DNA of 64,000 nucleotides from Caecitellus pseudoparvulus (Eukaryota; Protista; Bigyra: Bicosoecida), in the NCBI GenBank assembly GCA_965644315.1, contig CBFFRQ010000056.1, positions 457,423 to 521,422 of the forward strand. The letters run 5' to 3'. Numbering within the stretch: the stretch's first letter is position 1; the number at the start of each line of letters is the position of its first letter. Below the pieces are notes generated by a model. The model did not search any database. It was not told the DNA's origin and was given only the letters and a program-made list of their open reading frames with translations. Positions 1 to 9,900 of the stretch are shown piece after piece. Both the position numbers and the translations under genes were made by a program.

Positions 1-3000
1 CGCTGTCCGACTCCGTGGAGCGCGTGGAGGTGCCGCCGCCCGCCATCCTCAAGCCCACGCCCCTGTGGACGGGCAAGCAAGTCACCACCATGCTGCTGCG
101 CCCCAACGCAGCAGAGGCCCTCACGCCCACCCTGGAAGTGAAGGCGTGTGGGTACGCCGGCAAGAAGGCCGACGGCAGTCAGTGGGGCATCATGTGCCCT
201 GAGGACGGCTACGTCGTGGTGCGCCACGGCGAACACCTAGCCGGAACACTGGACAAGAAGTCCCTCGGCGGCTCCAAGAACGGCCTCATCTACATCCTGT
301 ACAACGACTTTTCCCGCGACGCCGCGGCGCGGTTCATGAAACGCATGACACGCATGCTGGTGCGTTGGCTGTCGAACTGGGGCTTCTCCATCGGCATCCA
401 GGACGTGCTGGCGTCGCAGCACGTGCTGCGGGAGACCACCTCGCTCATCCAGGGCGCCTACGTGGAGAGTGACGAACTCATCGCGCAGTACCGGCAGGGC
501 ACGCTGCCGCTGCAACCCGGCTGTGACCTGCTGCAGTCCCTGGAGGCCAGCATGAACGGCCTGCTGGGGCGGGTGCGCGACAAGGCGGGGCAGATGTGCA
601 TGGCAGAGCTGCCCTTCCACAACACGCCCCGCGCTATGGCGGACTGCGGCTCCAAGGGTGGCTCTGTGAACATCTGCCAGATGATGGCGTGCCTGGGGCA
701 GCAGAACGTGTCGGGGGGGCGCATTCCGGAGGGCTTCGTGAACCGCACCCTACCCATCTACGAGCCAGGGTCCAAGGACCCCCCCGCCAAGGGCTTCGTC
801 ATGGCCTCCTTCACCACCGGCCTGAACGCCGCTGAGTTCTTCTTCCACACCATGGGCGGACGAGAGGGGCTGGTGGACACCGCCGTGAAAACCGCCAACA
901 CCGGCTACATGCAGCGCAAGCTGGTCAAGGCGCTGGAGGACCTGTCTGTGCGGTACGACGGCACGGTGCGCACCAGCACAGGGCAGGTGGTGCAGTTCGT
1001 GTACGGCGACGACAACCTGAACCCCGCCCACATGGCCCGCGACGGGTCCCCCGCGGACTGGGACCGCCTCATGGCGGCTGCCGTCGCTGACATCCGCTGC
1101 CAGGGGGGCGGGCACGCCGGTGTGCCGTTGACCGGGGACCAGCTGCGCACCATGGCGCAGCGCCTGCCACGGCACCCCGCCCTGGCCAAGCTGCTGCCTG
1201 TGGCGGCAGGGGATGCGGCGCCGACGGCGGCGGGGGTGCCCCAGCCCCGGAGCAAGTTCCTGGAACTTGCTTCGGGCTGGCTCCTCCGCCTGGCGGAGGC
1301 CGCCGACGCCCAGGTGGCGCGGGTCACCGCCACAGCGGGGGGGCGGCCGGATGTCGTGGAAGCACTGCTGGACAGCACCGCCCACGTGACCTTCCGCACC
1401 GTGAACAAAGTGCTGTCCACGGCCCTGCGCAAGTTCCGCGACGCGCTCATCGAGCCGGGGGAGGGCGTCGGCGCCGTGGCGGCGTCCTCCCTGGGCGAGC
1501 CCGCCACCCAGATGACGCTGAAAACCTTCCACTTCGCGGGTGTCGCCAGCATGAACGTGACACTGGGCGTGCCGCGCCTGCTGGAGATCATGAACGCCAG
1601 CAAGGTCATCTCCACGCCCATCATCGAGGCGCCCCTCGTCTCGGACAACTCCGAGGTGGCTGCGCGCATGGTCAAGGCACGGCTGGAAAAGACCACCCTG
1701 GGCGAGATCGCGTCCAGCATCGCTGAGGTGTACTCGCCCTCGGGCGCCTTCGTGCGGGTGGAGCTGGACCTCACCACCATCCACCGCCTGCGCATGGCCA
1801 TCGACTCCTCCACCGTCGCGGCAGCTATCATGGCCCACAAACCCCTCAAACTCAAGGACGTGCATGTGTCCGTGCAGGGCCCCGAGCTGCTACTGGTGCG
1901 CCCCCCCACAGAGGGGTACAAGTTGAAAGGCGCCCAGTTCAAGGCGGCTGCCGACGCCATGGACACCCGGGCGGCGGTGTACTTCGCCCTGCAGCGGCTG
2001 AAGCGGGACCTGCCGCGAGTTATCATCGCAGGCATCCCCACCGTCGTGCGAGCCGTCATCTCACGGGGGGAGGTGGAGGGCGACCCTGACTACAAGCTGG
2101 CCGTGGAGGGCACAGGGTTGCTGGAGGTGATGGGCACGCCCGGCATCCGCGGCACCGCCACCAAGTCCAACCACGTCGTGGAGGTGCAGGGCGTGCTGGG
2201 CATCGAGGCGGCCCGCACGCTGATCATGGACGAGATGAACAAGACGTACAGCAACTACGGCATCGAGATCGACCGCCGGCACCTCATGCTGCTGGCAGAC
2301 GTCATGACGTACCGCGGGGAGGTGCTGTCTGTGAACCGCTTCGGCATCTCCAAGATGAAGGACTCTGTCCTCATGCTGGCGTCCTTCGAGCAGACCAACG
2401 ACCACTTGTTCCACGCCGCGGCGCACTCCAAGGTGGACTCCGTCGAGGGCGTGTCCGAGTGCATCATTACGGGGCAGCCCATGAGCATCGGCACAGGCTG
2501 CTTCGACCTGCTGCAGGAGACGCCCGATGCCGCCGCGCCCCCCGCAGAGGCCCTGCCCTCCGCATCCGTGGCAGGGGCCCCCTCCATGCTGGCGCAGGGG
2601 GGGGGTCCTCCCCACACAGGCGCTGCCAGTGGCGCTGCCAGTGGCGCGGCGGGTGCTGGTGGGCCGGTGTCGTCATCCCCCCTCGCACAGTTCATGCAGC
2701 CCCCCCCCGGGGCCAGGGCCACGGGGGGCCAAGGGCGCTCCACGGACCCGGCCCCCTCCGTGGCCTTTGCAGAGGGGTGCAAGGGCGCTCCGGAGGAGGA
2801 GTGGGTGCAGGGGGGTGCCGCCTTCCGCCCACCGCCGCCCCTGCTGACACAGCTGTCAGGCGGCGCAGGCAGCCTGCCCCCCCCCCTGTGGGAGGTGCCG
2901 CCCCCCCTCACGCTGCAGGCGCCCGGTGGCGGCGGCAGGGCGCACCACCCCCGCAGTGCCTCAGACGCCTCCTCAGTCACCAGCCGCCGCAGCCGGCAGA

Positions 3001-3098
3001 GCAGTACATCCAGCTTTTCACCCCTGCCCCAACAAGCTGCCCGGCAAGCATCCACAGGCAAGGAGGGCAGGCGCAAGCGCACCCGCAAGGCGCGGTGA
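1..3098 (+). CDS. RPC1: DNA-directed RNA polymerase III largest subunit (RPC1), C-terminal part; 5' end lies outside the window
   Basis: GSKG..NICQM.ACLGQQ, FFFHTMGGREGLVDTAVKTA, TQMTLKTFHFAGVASMNVTLGVPR and KMKDSVLMLASFE.T.DHLF motifs. The TLKTFH and SVLMLASFE variants are Pol III-type; no heptad CTD. Confidence 0.93.
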   Translation, partial: LSDSVERVEVPPPAILKPTPLWTGKQVTTMLLRPNAAEALTPTLEVKACGYAGKKADGSQWGIMCPEDGYVVVRHGEHLAGTLDKKSLGGSKNGLIYILYNDFSRDAAARFMKRMTRMLVRWLSNWGFSIGIQDVLASQHVLRETTSLIQGAYVESDELIAQYRQGTLPLQPGCDLLQSLEASMNGLLGRVRDKAGQMCMAELPFHNTPRAMADCGSKGGSVNICQMMACLGQQNVSGGRIPEGFVNRTLPIYEPGSKDPPAKGFVMASFTTGLNAAEFFFHTMGGREGLVDTAVKTANTGYMQRKLVKALEDLSVRYDGTVRTSTGQVVQFVYGDDNLNPAHMARDGSPADWDRLMAAAVADIRCQGGGHAGVPLTGDQLRTMAQRLPRHPALAKLLPVAAGDAAPTAAGVPQPRSKFLELASGWLLRLAEAADAQVARVTATAGGRPDVVEALLDSTAHVTFRTVNKVLSTALRKFRDALIEPGEGVGAVAASSLGEPATQMTLKTFHFAGVASMNVTLGVPRLLEIMNASKVISTPIIEAPLVSDNSEVAARMVKARLEKTTLGEIASSIAEVYSPSGAFVRVELDLTTIHRLRMAIDSSTVAAAIMAHKPLKLKDVHVSVQGPELLLVRPPTEGYKLKGAQFKAAADAMDTRAAVYFALQRLKRDLPRVIIAGIPTVVRAVISRGEVEGDPDYKLAVEGTGLLEVMGTPGIRGTATKSNHVVEVQGVLGIEAARTLIMDEMNKTYSNYGIEIDRRHLMLLADVMTYRGEVLSVNRFGISKMKDSVLMLASFEQTNDHLFHAAAHSKVDSVEGVSECIITGQPMSIGTGCFDLLQETPDAAAPPAEALPSASVAGAPSMLAQGGGPPHTGAASGAASGAAGAGGPVSSSPLAQFMQPPPGARATGGQGRSTDPAPSVAFAEGCKGAPEEEWVQGGAAFRPPPPLLTQLSGGAGSLPPPLWEVPPPLTLQAPGGGGRAHHPRSASDASSVTSRRSRQSSTSSFSPLPQQAARQASTGKEGRRKRTRKAR

Positions 3099-3264
3099 AG
3101 CATGGCGGACCACACACGCCGCCTCGCCCACAATACAACGCACGATCAGTGATTTCTACGTGTTTTCCCTGCATTGCGCTGGCCGCACGTGTGCGAGCAC
3201 GCCTCTACTTCGCGGCCCAGGAGCGGTGGCACAAGTGCTTGAGGGGCCTCAAAATCCGCACGTC

Positions 3265-4761
3265 ATGGCAGCTGCTGCGCCAGCCGCCAGCGCTGGCACC
3301 CAGTACAAATTCATGCCGCTAGGGGCTGGACAGGAGATCGGACGGTCCTGCTTACTGCTGCAGATGGCAGGCCTGAACATCATGTTCGACTGTGGCGTGC
3401 ACATGGCGCAGACTGGACCAGAGCGCTTTCCCGACTGGTCCCGCATCGCAGCCTTTGCCGGGGCAAGCACCGGCGACGAGCCAGTGCAGCCGTCAGAAGC
3501 TGTGCGCTGCCTAGATGCTGTGCTGGTGTCCCACTGCCACCTGGACCACGTCGCAGCGCTGCCTGTGCTCACGGAGCAGCTGGGGTACACGGGGCCGGTG
3601 GTGATGACACCCCCCACAGCGGCACTTGCACCCCACTTGGTGGTGGACTACCACAGCATGGTGCGCGGCAAGCGCCGTCGAGCAGGCAGTGGGACCCCCG
3701 CGTCACCCCCCGGCTCCCTCTCGGCCGAGGCGGTGAAGGCCTGCTTCGCCAAGGCCCAGCATGTGCGTGTGGGCGAGCCGCTCAACCTGCACTTCCCGGC
3801 GACTGACAGCCGCCCAGCTCGGGACTTGACCGTGACGGCCTTCCACGCGGGGCATGTGCTTGGGGCAGTCATGCTGCTGGCGCAGTGTGCTGGGCACTCG
3901 GCGCTGTACACGGGGGACTTCAACTGCACACCGGAATGGCACCTGCCCGCGCTGGCCCTGCCCGCTGACCTGGCCCCGGACATCATGATCTCAGAGAGCA
4001 CCCTGGGTGTCACATCCAGACACGCGACGGGAAAACAAGACACAGACATGCTGCAAGTGGTCCGCGCCTCCCTGGCCCGGGGGGGGCGCGTGCTCGTCCC
4101 CGTGCACGCAGTGGGGCGCGCGCAGGAAATCTTGCTGCAGGTCGCAGCGGACTTGCGGGAGGCCACGGCGCCCCCCGCCTCCCTCCTCCTCGTGCAGGGC
4201 CTGGCTGTGACAGCTCTTGAACAGTACGCAGCTTTCGCAGACTGGTGCAGTCCTGAGGTGCGCTCGCTGCTGCCGGCAGGGGCGAAGGAGTGGACCAGCC
4301 TGGCAACCATCGTGTCGCTGCAGGAGGCGCTGGAAGCTCCTGGCCCCAGCGTCATCTTTGCTGGACCGGGGAGCCTTGGAGGGGGGGCCTCCCAGGCACT
4401 CCTGCGCAGCATCCTGCCAGACCCCGCGTCCCTCGTGGTGCTGCCATCGTTCTGCATGCCAGGCACAGTGGGGCAGCGGCTCTCCGCAGGCCAGCGCCGG
4501 ATCACCCTCGCAGGCAAGGCAGAAACAGTGCAGTGCGCCGTGCACAGCATGTCATACTCTGCACATGTGGATGGGGCTGGCATACTGCACACCATTCAGG
4601 CGGCGGCGCCTCGTGCTGTGCTGCTGGTGCACGGCGAGCCCGGGAAAATGGCTGTTCTGCACACCATTCTGGCGAAACACATGAACATCCCATCGGCCAT
4701 GCCGGAAAATTTTGAAGTGCTGGACCTTGCATTCGATCCCAAGCCACAGAAATGCAAGTAG
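3265..4761 (+). CDS. INTS11: Metallo-beta-lactamase/beta-CASP RNA endonuclease, INTS11 (CPSF73-II)-like
   Basis: PLGAGQEIGRSC, FDCGVH, SHCHLDH (HxHxDH), AGHVLGA, YTGDFN, GRAQE, SAHVD, LVHGE motifs. Probable ATG 3265 inside ORF 2926..4761. Confidence 0.8.
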   Translation: MAAAAPAASAGTQYKFMPLGAGQEIGRSCLLLQMAGLNIMFDCGVHMAQTGPERFPDWSRIAAFAGASTGDEPVQPSEAVRCLDAVLVSHCHLDHVAALPVLTEQLGYTGPVVMTPPTAALAPHLVVDYHSMVRGKRRRAGSGTPASPPGSLSAEAVKACFAKAQHVRVGEPLNLHFPATDSRPARDLTVTAFHAGHVLGAVMLLAQCAGHSALYTGDFNCTPEWHLPALALPADLAPDIMISESTLGVTSRHATGKQDTDMLQVVRASLARGGRVLVPVHAVGRAQEILLQVAADLREATAPPASLLLVQGLAVTALEQYAAFADWCSPEVRSLLPAGAKEWTSLATIVSLQEALEAPGPSVIFAGPGSLGGGASQALLRSILPDPASLVVLPSFCMPGTVGQRLSAGQRRITLAGKAETVQCAVHSMSYSAHVDGAGILHTIQAAAPRAVLLVHGEPGKMAVLHTILAKHMNIPSAMPENFEVLDLAFDPKPQKCK

Positions 4762-4839
4762 CTGCTCTTCCATCTGCGCACAGTGCCTTGCGTGCTCGCC
4801 CACTGCGTTGGTTCAGCAAACAAGCCACTAGCTTGAGCG

Positions 4840-4845
4840 TATATA
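4840..4845 (+). promoter_or_regulatory. TATA-like element upstream of the 5S gene
   Basis: TATATA about 21-26 nt before the inferred 5S +1, in otherwise GC-rich DNA. Confidence 0.45.
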
Positions 4846-4865
4846 CTGTGCTGGCACCTCCCTTT

Positions 4866-4986
4866 TCAGCAGCGGTCACATCGCCCAGGATATGCCCGGA
4901 TCCATTCCGCACCCGGAAGCCAAGCTGGGCCGAGCTCGGTTAGTACTGTGGTAGGGGACTACACGGGAATCCCGAGTACTGCTGAT
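4866..4986 (+). rRNA. 5S ribosomal RNA (single dispersed copy)
   Basis: About 120 nt with all 5S helices: TCAGCAG/CTGCTGA, GCCCAG/CTGGGC, CCGG/CCGG, CTCGG/CCGAG, GTAG-GGGA-CTAC. Also an A-box-like AGCCAAGC, GGTTAGTAC and GGGAA loop-E elements, and a downstream T-run. Confidence 0.9.
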
Positions 4987-4993
4987 TCTTTTT
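4986..4993 (+). terminator. RNA polymerase III oligo-T terminator
   Basis: TTCTTTTT directly after 5S helix I. Confidence 0.7.
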
Positions 4994-5601
4994 CGCCCCT
5001 CGTTTTTCCGCATGCGGGTACTCGCAGCAATCGCTGCAGAATGTCGTGATGCAGAGCAGACATCACCGTGCAGCAATGACAGAGTGCTGCCACATCCAAC
5101 TCTTCATACGTTTCCTTCCGAACCCCCAACTTTCCTTTGCACTTCTTCTTCACGAAGCCACGCACAGTGAGTACACAGAGCACCGCACGCTGCTTTGCGT
5201 CGGCAACTCGACGCCGCGGCCTTGTGGCCTTCGGCCTTGTGCCTGCACCGCGGGAGTGCCTGCAGCGCATCTAGCTATGCCTCGCAAAGCATGACATCAT
5301 ATTGCCTCATAATCGTTGTTCTTTGCCCTGTTTAGTGCGCCTGCCGCGTGTGTGGGTGCTCGGGGCGCAGTTGATGCGCGCTGGGATGGCCACATCAACC
5401 ACCACGCCAACGTGCCCGAGGCTGCCACAGCGCCTTGGCGCCGCGGCAAGCCCACTATGTGCATACAAACCGAGTTTGCGTCCAACTTTCATTCAGTTGC
5501 TTTTGCCCTACGCGCCCTGTGCTCCCTGTGCGCCGCGTAGTACGGCACATCACTCACGCTCACCACTTCCCGCTCCTCCGCAGATCACCACCGCATCAGC
5601 C

Positions 5602-6741
5602 ATGGCCATGTCCCAATCCACCATCGACATCGTCAAGAAGACGGCCCCTGCCGTGGCCCCCCACGCCAAGACCATCGTGACGAACTTCTACAAGAAGATG
5701 CTGGGCAGCCACCCTGAGCTGTTCCAGTTCTTCAACAAGTCTCACCAGAGCTCCGGCCGCCAGGCATCTGCCCTCACCGACGCCGTCCTGGCGTACGCCA
5801 CCAACATCGACAACCTGGGCGTGCTGGGGCCTGCCGTCGGCATCATGGCCACCAAGCACTGCGCCCTGCAGGTGCAGCCCGAGCACTACCAGATCGTGCA
5901 CGACAACCTCATGGCCAGCATCGCCGAGGTGCTGGGACCCGACGTCGCCACCGCAGAGGTCGCCGGCGGCTGGAGCGAAGCCGTCATGTTCCTCGCCCAA
6001 ATCCTCATCGACGCCGAAGCGGAGCTGTACACGGCAGCTGCTGAACGCCAAGGCGGGTGGCGCGGGTGGCGCGATTTCGTCCTTGACTCCAAGACGGAGC
6101 ACGGCAAGGACATCGCCACCTTCACCTTCAAGGCTGCCGACGGCTACACCGGCGGCTTCGACTTCACCCCCGGCCAGTACATGTCCCTGAACCTGCACAT
6201 GAAGGATGCCGAGGGCGACGCCATCTCCCCCCGCCACTACACCATCACCTCTTCCCCCGGTGACTCCACGCTCTCCTGCACAGTGAAGCGCATCCCCGGC
6301 GGCGTCGTCTCCAACGCACTGCACGACATGCCCCTCGGCACGACTGTGGGTATGTCTCCTCCCTTTGGCGTGTTCACCGCCCCCGAAGCCGCTGAGAAGA
6401 CAGTGCTGCTCAGCGCTGGCGTCGGCGTCACGCCCATGTATGCCTTCCAGAAGCAGCTGGGGGACAAGGTCACCCACGCCGTGCACGTGGACAACAAGGC
6501 TGAGGACAACCCCTTCCACCAGTACTTCTCCGACTCCTGCCCCTCCTACTCCGTTGTGGAGACCGGGGACGGCATGGCAGACATCCCGGCAGTTGTGGCT
6601 GCCATGGCGGAGGCCACCCCGCTGCAGGGCGCAGACGTCCTGCTCTGCGGACCTGCCGACTTCATGCACGTCGCAAACGAGGAGTTGACCAAGGCTGGCG
6701 CCAAGGTGTCCTACGAGAACTTCGGACCCCGCTCAAAGTGA
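5602..6741 (+). CDS. hmp: Flavohemoglobin (nitric oxide dioxygenase)
   Basis: Globin domain (FYKKML..HPEL.QFFN, Q..AL..AVLAYA..IDNL, KHCAL.V.PEHY), GGWRGWRDF linker, FAD-binding PGQY..RHYTI, NAD-binding SAGVGVTPM, CGP..FM, C-terminal YENFGP. Confidence 0.95.
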   Translation: MAMSQSTIDIVKKTAPAVAPHAKTIVTNFYKKMLGSHPELFQFFNKSHQSSGRQASALTDAVLAYATNIDNLGVLGPAVGIMATKHCALQVQPEHYQIVHDNLMASIAEVLGPDVATAEVAGGWSEAVMFLAQILIDAEAELYTAAAERQGGWRGWRDFVLDSKTEHGKDIATFTFKAADGYTGGFDFTPGQYMSLNLHMKDAEGDAISPRHYTITSSPGDSTLSCTVKRIPGGVVSNALHDMPLGTTVGMSPPFGVFTAPEAAEKTVLLSAGVGVTPMYAFQKQLGDKVTHAVHVDNKAEDNPFHQYFSDSCPSYSVVETGDGMADIPAVVAAMAEATPLQGADVLLCGPADFMHVANEELTKAGAKVSYENFGPRSK

Positions 6742-6952
6742 GCGCTCGTCGTTGCGTTGGCTGGCTAGGCCAGCTCTGCAGCCGGCGGGGGGGGGCTGCA
6801 GTCGCTGCGCGCGTGCTGTAAATTCCACCAATTCATGGGTGTTACAACACTTCCCCGTTTTCGTGCACCTTGTGTGCTCTCCGATTCTGCGTCGTTCGGT
6901 CCAGCCACGCGGCGCCGCTCCGCGCTCACGTCGCCGCGACCACGGGAAAGAC

Positions 6953-9900
6953 ATGGCCCATCACTCCGTGGCCAGCACCAACACCAGCTCCCTGCTGTCA
7001 AGTGACGATGACGCTGCGCTAGATGACATGCAGCGACGCATAGCCGAGGCTCTTGCAGCCGTGGCTGCCCCTGCGCCGCCCTACGCGGAGCAAGCACCAG
7101 CACCAACGCAAGCCACACCAACACCAGCGCCAGCGCCAGCCGCCACGGAGGACACCTCCCCCAGGCAGGAGCAAGGTGCACCGTCCACACCACCAAAAGA
7201 GGAGCTTCAGTCGTTCCATGCTGAACCTGCCCCTGCTGCCTCGACTGCGGACGCTCCGGCAGCAGCAGCGCCTGCGCCGACCACACCAAGCCCTCCGGCA
7301 TCGCAAGAGAACAAGCCAGCCACGCACCGTCACCGGAGCTGCAGCTGGGTGGATGACGATGACACAACGATTGACAGCGACTCGCTCTCACAGCCCGGAC
7401 ATGAGCCGGCCGAGCCCTCTGCCCCTGACGTACCTGCAGCTGCATCGCACACCCAGATCCCCGCAGCCCGCCAAGGCTCACCGGGGCATGGGTTCACCAC
7501 AGCTGCGTCAGCCAGCCCTGCATCTCTGGGCGGCAGTAGCAGCGGTGTGGGTGGGGCTGGGGAGCAGGGTGCTGCGTCGGCCAGCCCTGCATCACTGGGC
7601 GGCAGCAGTGCAGGCGGGGCTGGGGAGCAGGGTGCTGCGTCGGCCAGCCCTGCATCTCTGGGCGGCAGTAGCAGCGGTGTGGGTGGGGCTGGGGAGCAGG
7701 GTGCTGCGTCAGCCAGCCCTGCATCTCTGGGCGGCAGCAGCAGCGGTGTGGGTGGGGCTGGGGAGCAGGGTGCTGCGTCAGCCAGCCCTGCATCTCTGGG
7801 TGGCAGTAGCAGCGGTGTGGGTGGGGCTGGGGAGCAGGGTGCTGCGTCAGCCAGCCCTGCATCTCTGGGTGGCAGTAGCAGCGGTGTGGGTGGGGCTGGG
7901 GAGCAGGGTGCTGCGTCAGCCAGCCCTGCATCTCTGGGTGGCAGCAGCAGCGGTGTGGGTGGGGCTGGGGAGCAGGGTGCTGCGTCAGCCAGCCCTGCAT
8001 CTCTGGGTGGCAGCAGCAGCGGTGTGGGTGGGGCTGGGGAGCAGGGTGCTGCGTCAGCCAGCCCTGCATCTCTGGGCGGCAGCAGCAGCGGTGTGGGTGG
8101 GGCTGGGGAGCAGGGTGCTGCGTCGGCCAGCCCTGCATCTCTGGGCGGCAGCAGCAGCGGTGTGGGTGGGGCTGGGGAGCAGGGTGCTGCGTCGGCCAGC
8201 CCTGCATCACTGGGCGGCAGTAGCAGCGGTGTGGGTGGGGCTGGGGAGCAGGGTGCTGCGTCGGCCAGCCCTGCATCACTGGGCGGCAGCAGTGCAGGCG
8301 GGGCTGGGGAGCAGGGTGCTGCGTCGGCCAGCCCTGCATCTCTGGGCGGCAGTAGCAGCGGTGTGGGTGGGGCTGGGGAGCAGGGTGCTGCGTCGGCCAG
8401 CCCTGCATCTCTGGGCGGCAGCAGCAGCGGTGTGGGTGGGGCTGGGGAGCAGGGTGCTGCATCGGCCAGCCCTGCATCTCTGGGCGGCAGCAGCAGCAGA
8501 AGCGTGGGCAACGCCTCCATGATTGAACCTAGTTCCCAAGTTGCTCCTGCCACACGAGAACAGGAGCCCAGTGCATTCCCCTTCGCTGAACCTGTAGCAT
8601 CGCAGCCTGTCACACCAGCAGCCGGCGGCAGCACTGCGCAGTCCGCTTTCCCGCGTGCGGAACTGCCGCTTGAGCCCGGCGCAGGTGCGCAAGGCACGCC
8701 AGAAGCCGTGAAGAATGCCTCTACGCCCAGTCAGTCTCGTTTTCCGTCTGCATCGGGTGCCTTCGCCACGCCATCTGCTCGCCAGGGCGGCCGCCGAAGG
8801 AGGGTGCAGCGACGCGCACTGCCCGCCGCTCTGCAGCGCGCAGCTGCAAGCCAGCAAGCCACGCCATCTCGCCGAAGTGCCCCGAGAGGTTTCGGCAGCT
8901 CAACAAAACGATCGGAGCGGGGTGCAGGTGTGTCGCCGACGGCACTTCGGGCTCCCATTGGCGTTCCTGTGACCCCTGACGGAGTGGTGGCAAACGCAGC
9001 AGCCAGGGACCGCGAACGGCAGGCGCGCTTGGACACGCTGAAGGCCCAGCTGGAAGCCGAGGAAGCCGCAGACTTGACGTTCCGGCCGAAGATTTCGCCT
9101 TTCGCGCAGCGCTGGGCAAAATCCCGCGACGAAACGGACGTCGTGCAGCGTCTCTCGAAGCAGCCCAAGCGGGTGGTGAAGGGGTGTGGCGGCATTCCCG
9201 CAGCACAGGCCCCACTGCGCGGCAAGGCTGCCGAGGAAGCTGCAGAGCGCGAAGCGGAAGAAGCCCGCAACCGCATTGCAGCACATGCTCGGCAGTACAT
9301 GAAGAAGCATGCTGATTTGGCTGCGGAGCGCACTGCATTTGTCCGTGCTCATGGCGGTGTTGGCCCTGCGCTGTTTGCAGAGGCGCAGGTGCGGCAGCAA
9401 CGCCAGCGCCAGCGCGAAGCCGACGCTGATGCCAACGCAAAGGCTGCCTCGCTGCGCAGCACGCCGGGCGCCGCCACCCTGCGTGTTGTGCCCTGCTCAG
9501 TGCAAGGCAAGTCTGTGAAAACTGAGCCCTTGCCTCCCAGCACGGCAGGCTCAGTGGCCAGTTCGCTGTCGGCAGGCTCGGGGCCGTCCAGCCCCACCAC
9601 CATCTCTGCGCGGTACTTGCACCTTTCCTGCCCTCGCCAGCGCAGCGCCAAGGCCCTCACCCGCGCGCAAATCGAAGCAGCTGCGCGGCAGAGCAAGCTC
9701 TCCCCCTCCTCCAAAGCCGCCCGTGCCAAGAGCGTTGCCCGCCGGCAAGCGGAAGCCGTGCAGGCGGTGAAGCAGCGGCACCAAGCTGCCGCCTCCATGC
9801 GCGCCAAAGTGCCAGACATAGGTGCCGCGCCGCCCCCACTGCCCTTCACCGCCACTGGCCCACACTCCCTCACAGCCCAGTCCCAACCTCACAAGCAGGC

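Noticed and set aside
237-3133. Numerous long antisense and alternate-frame ORFs over RPC1 (and likewise across the window)
   Set aside because: Shadow ORFs expected from high GC and codon bias; they have no recognisable motifs and overlap clear genes.
7053-8697. Repeat-derived ORFs in other frames (e.g. MQGWPTQHPAPQPHPHRCCC repeats) and a superficial CRISPR-like periodicity
   Set aside because: The unit length is a multiple of 3 without stops, so several frames stay open. There are no unique spacers and no cas genes.
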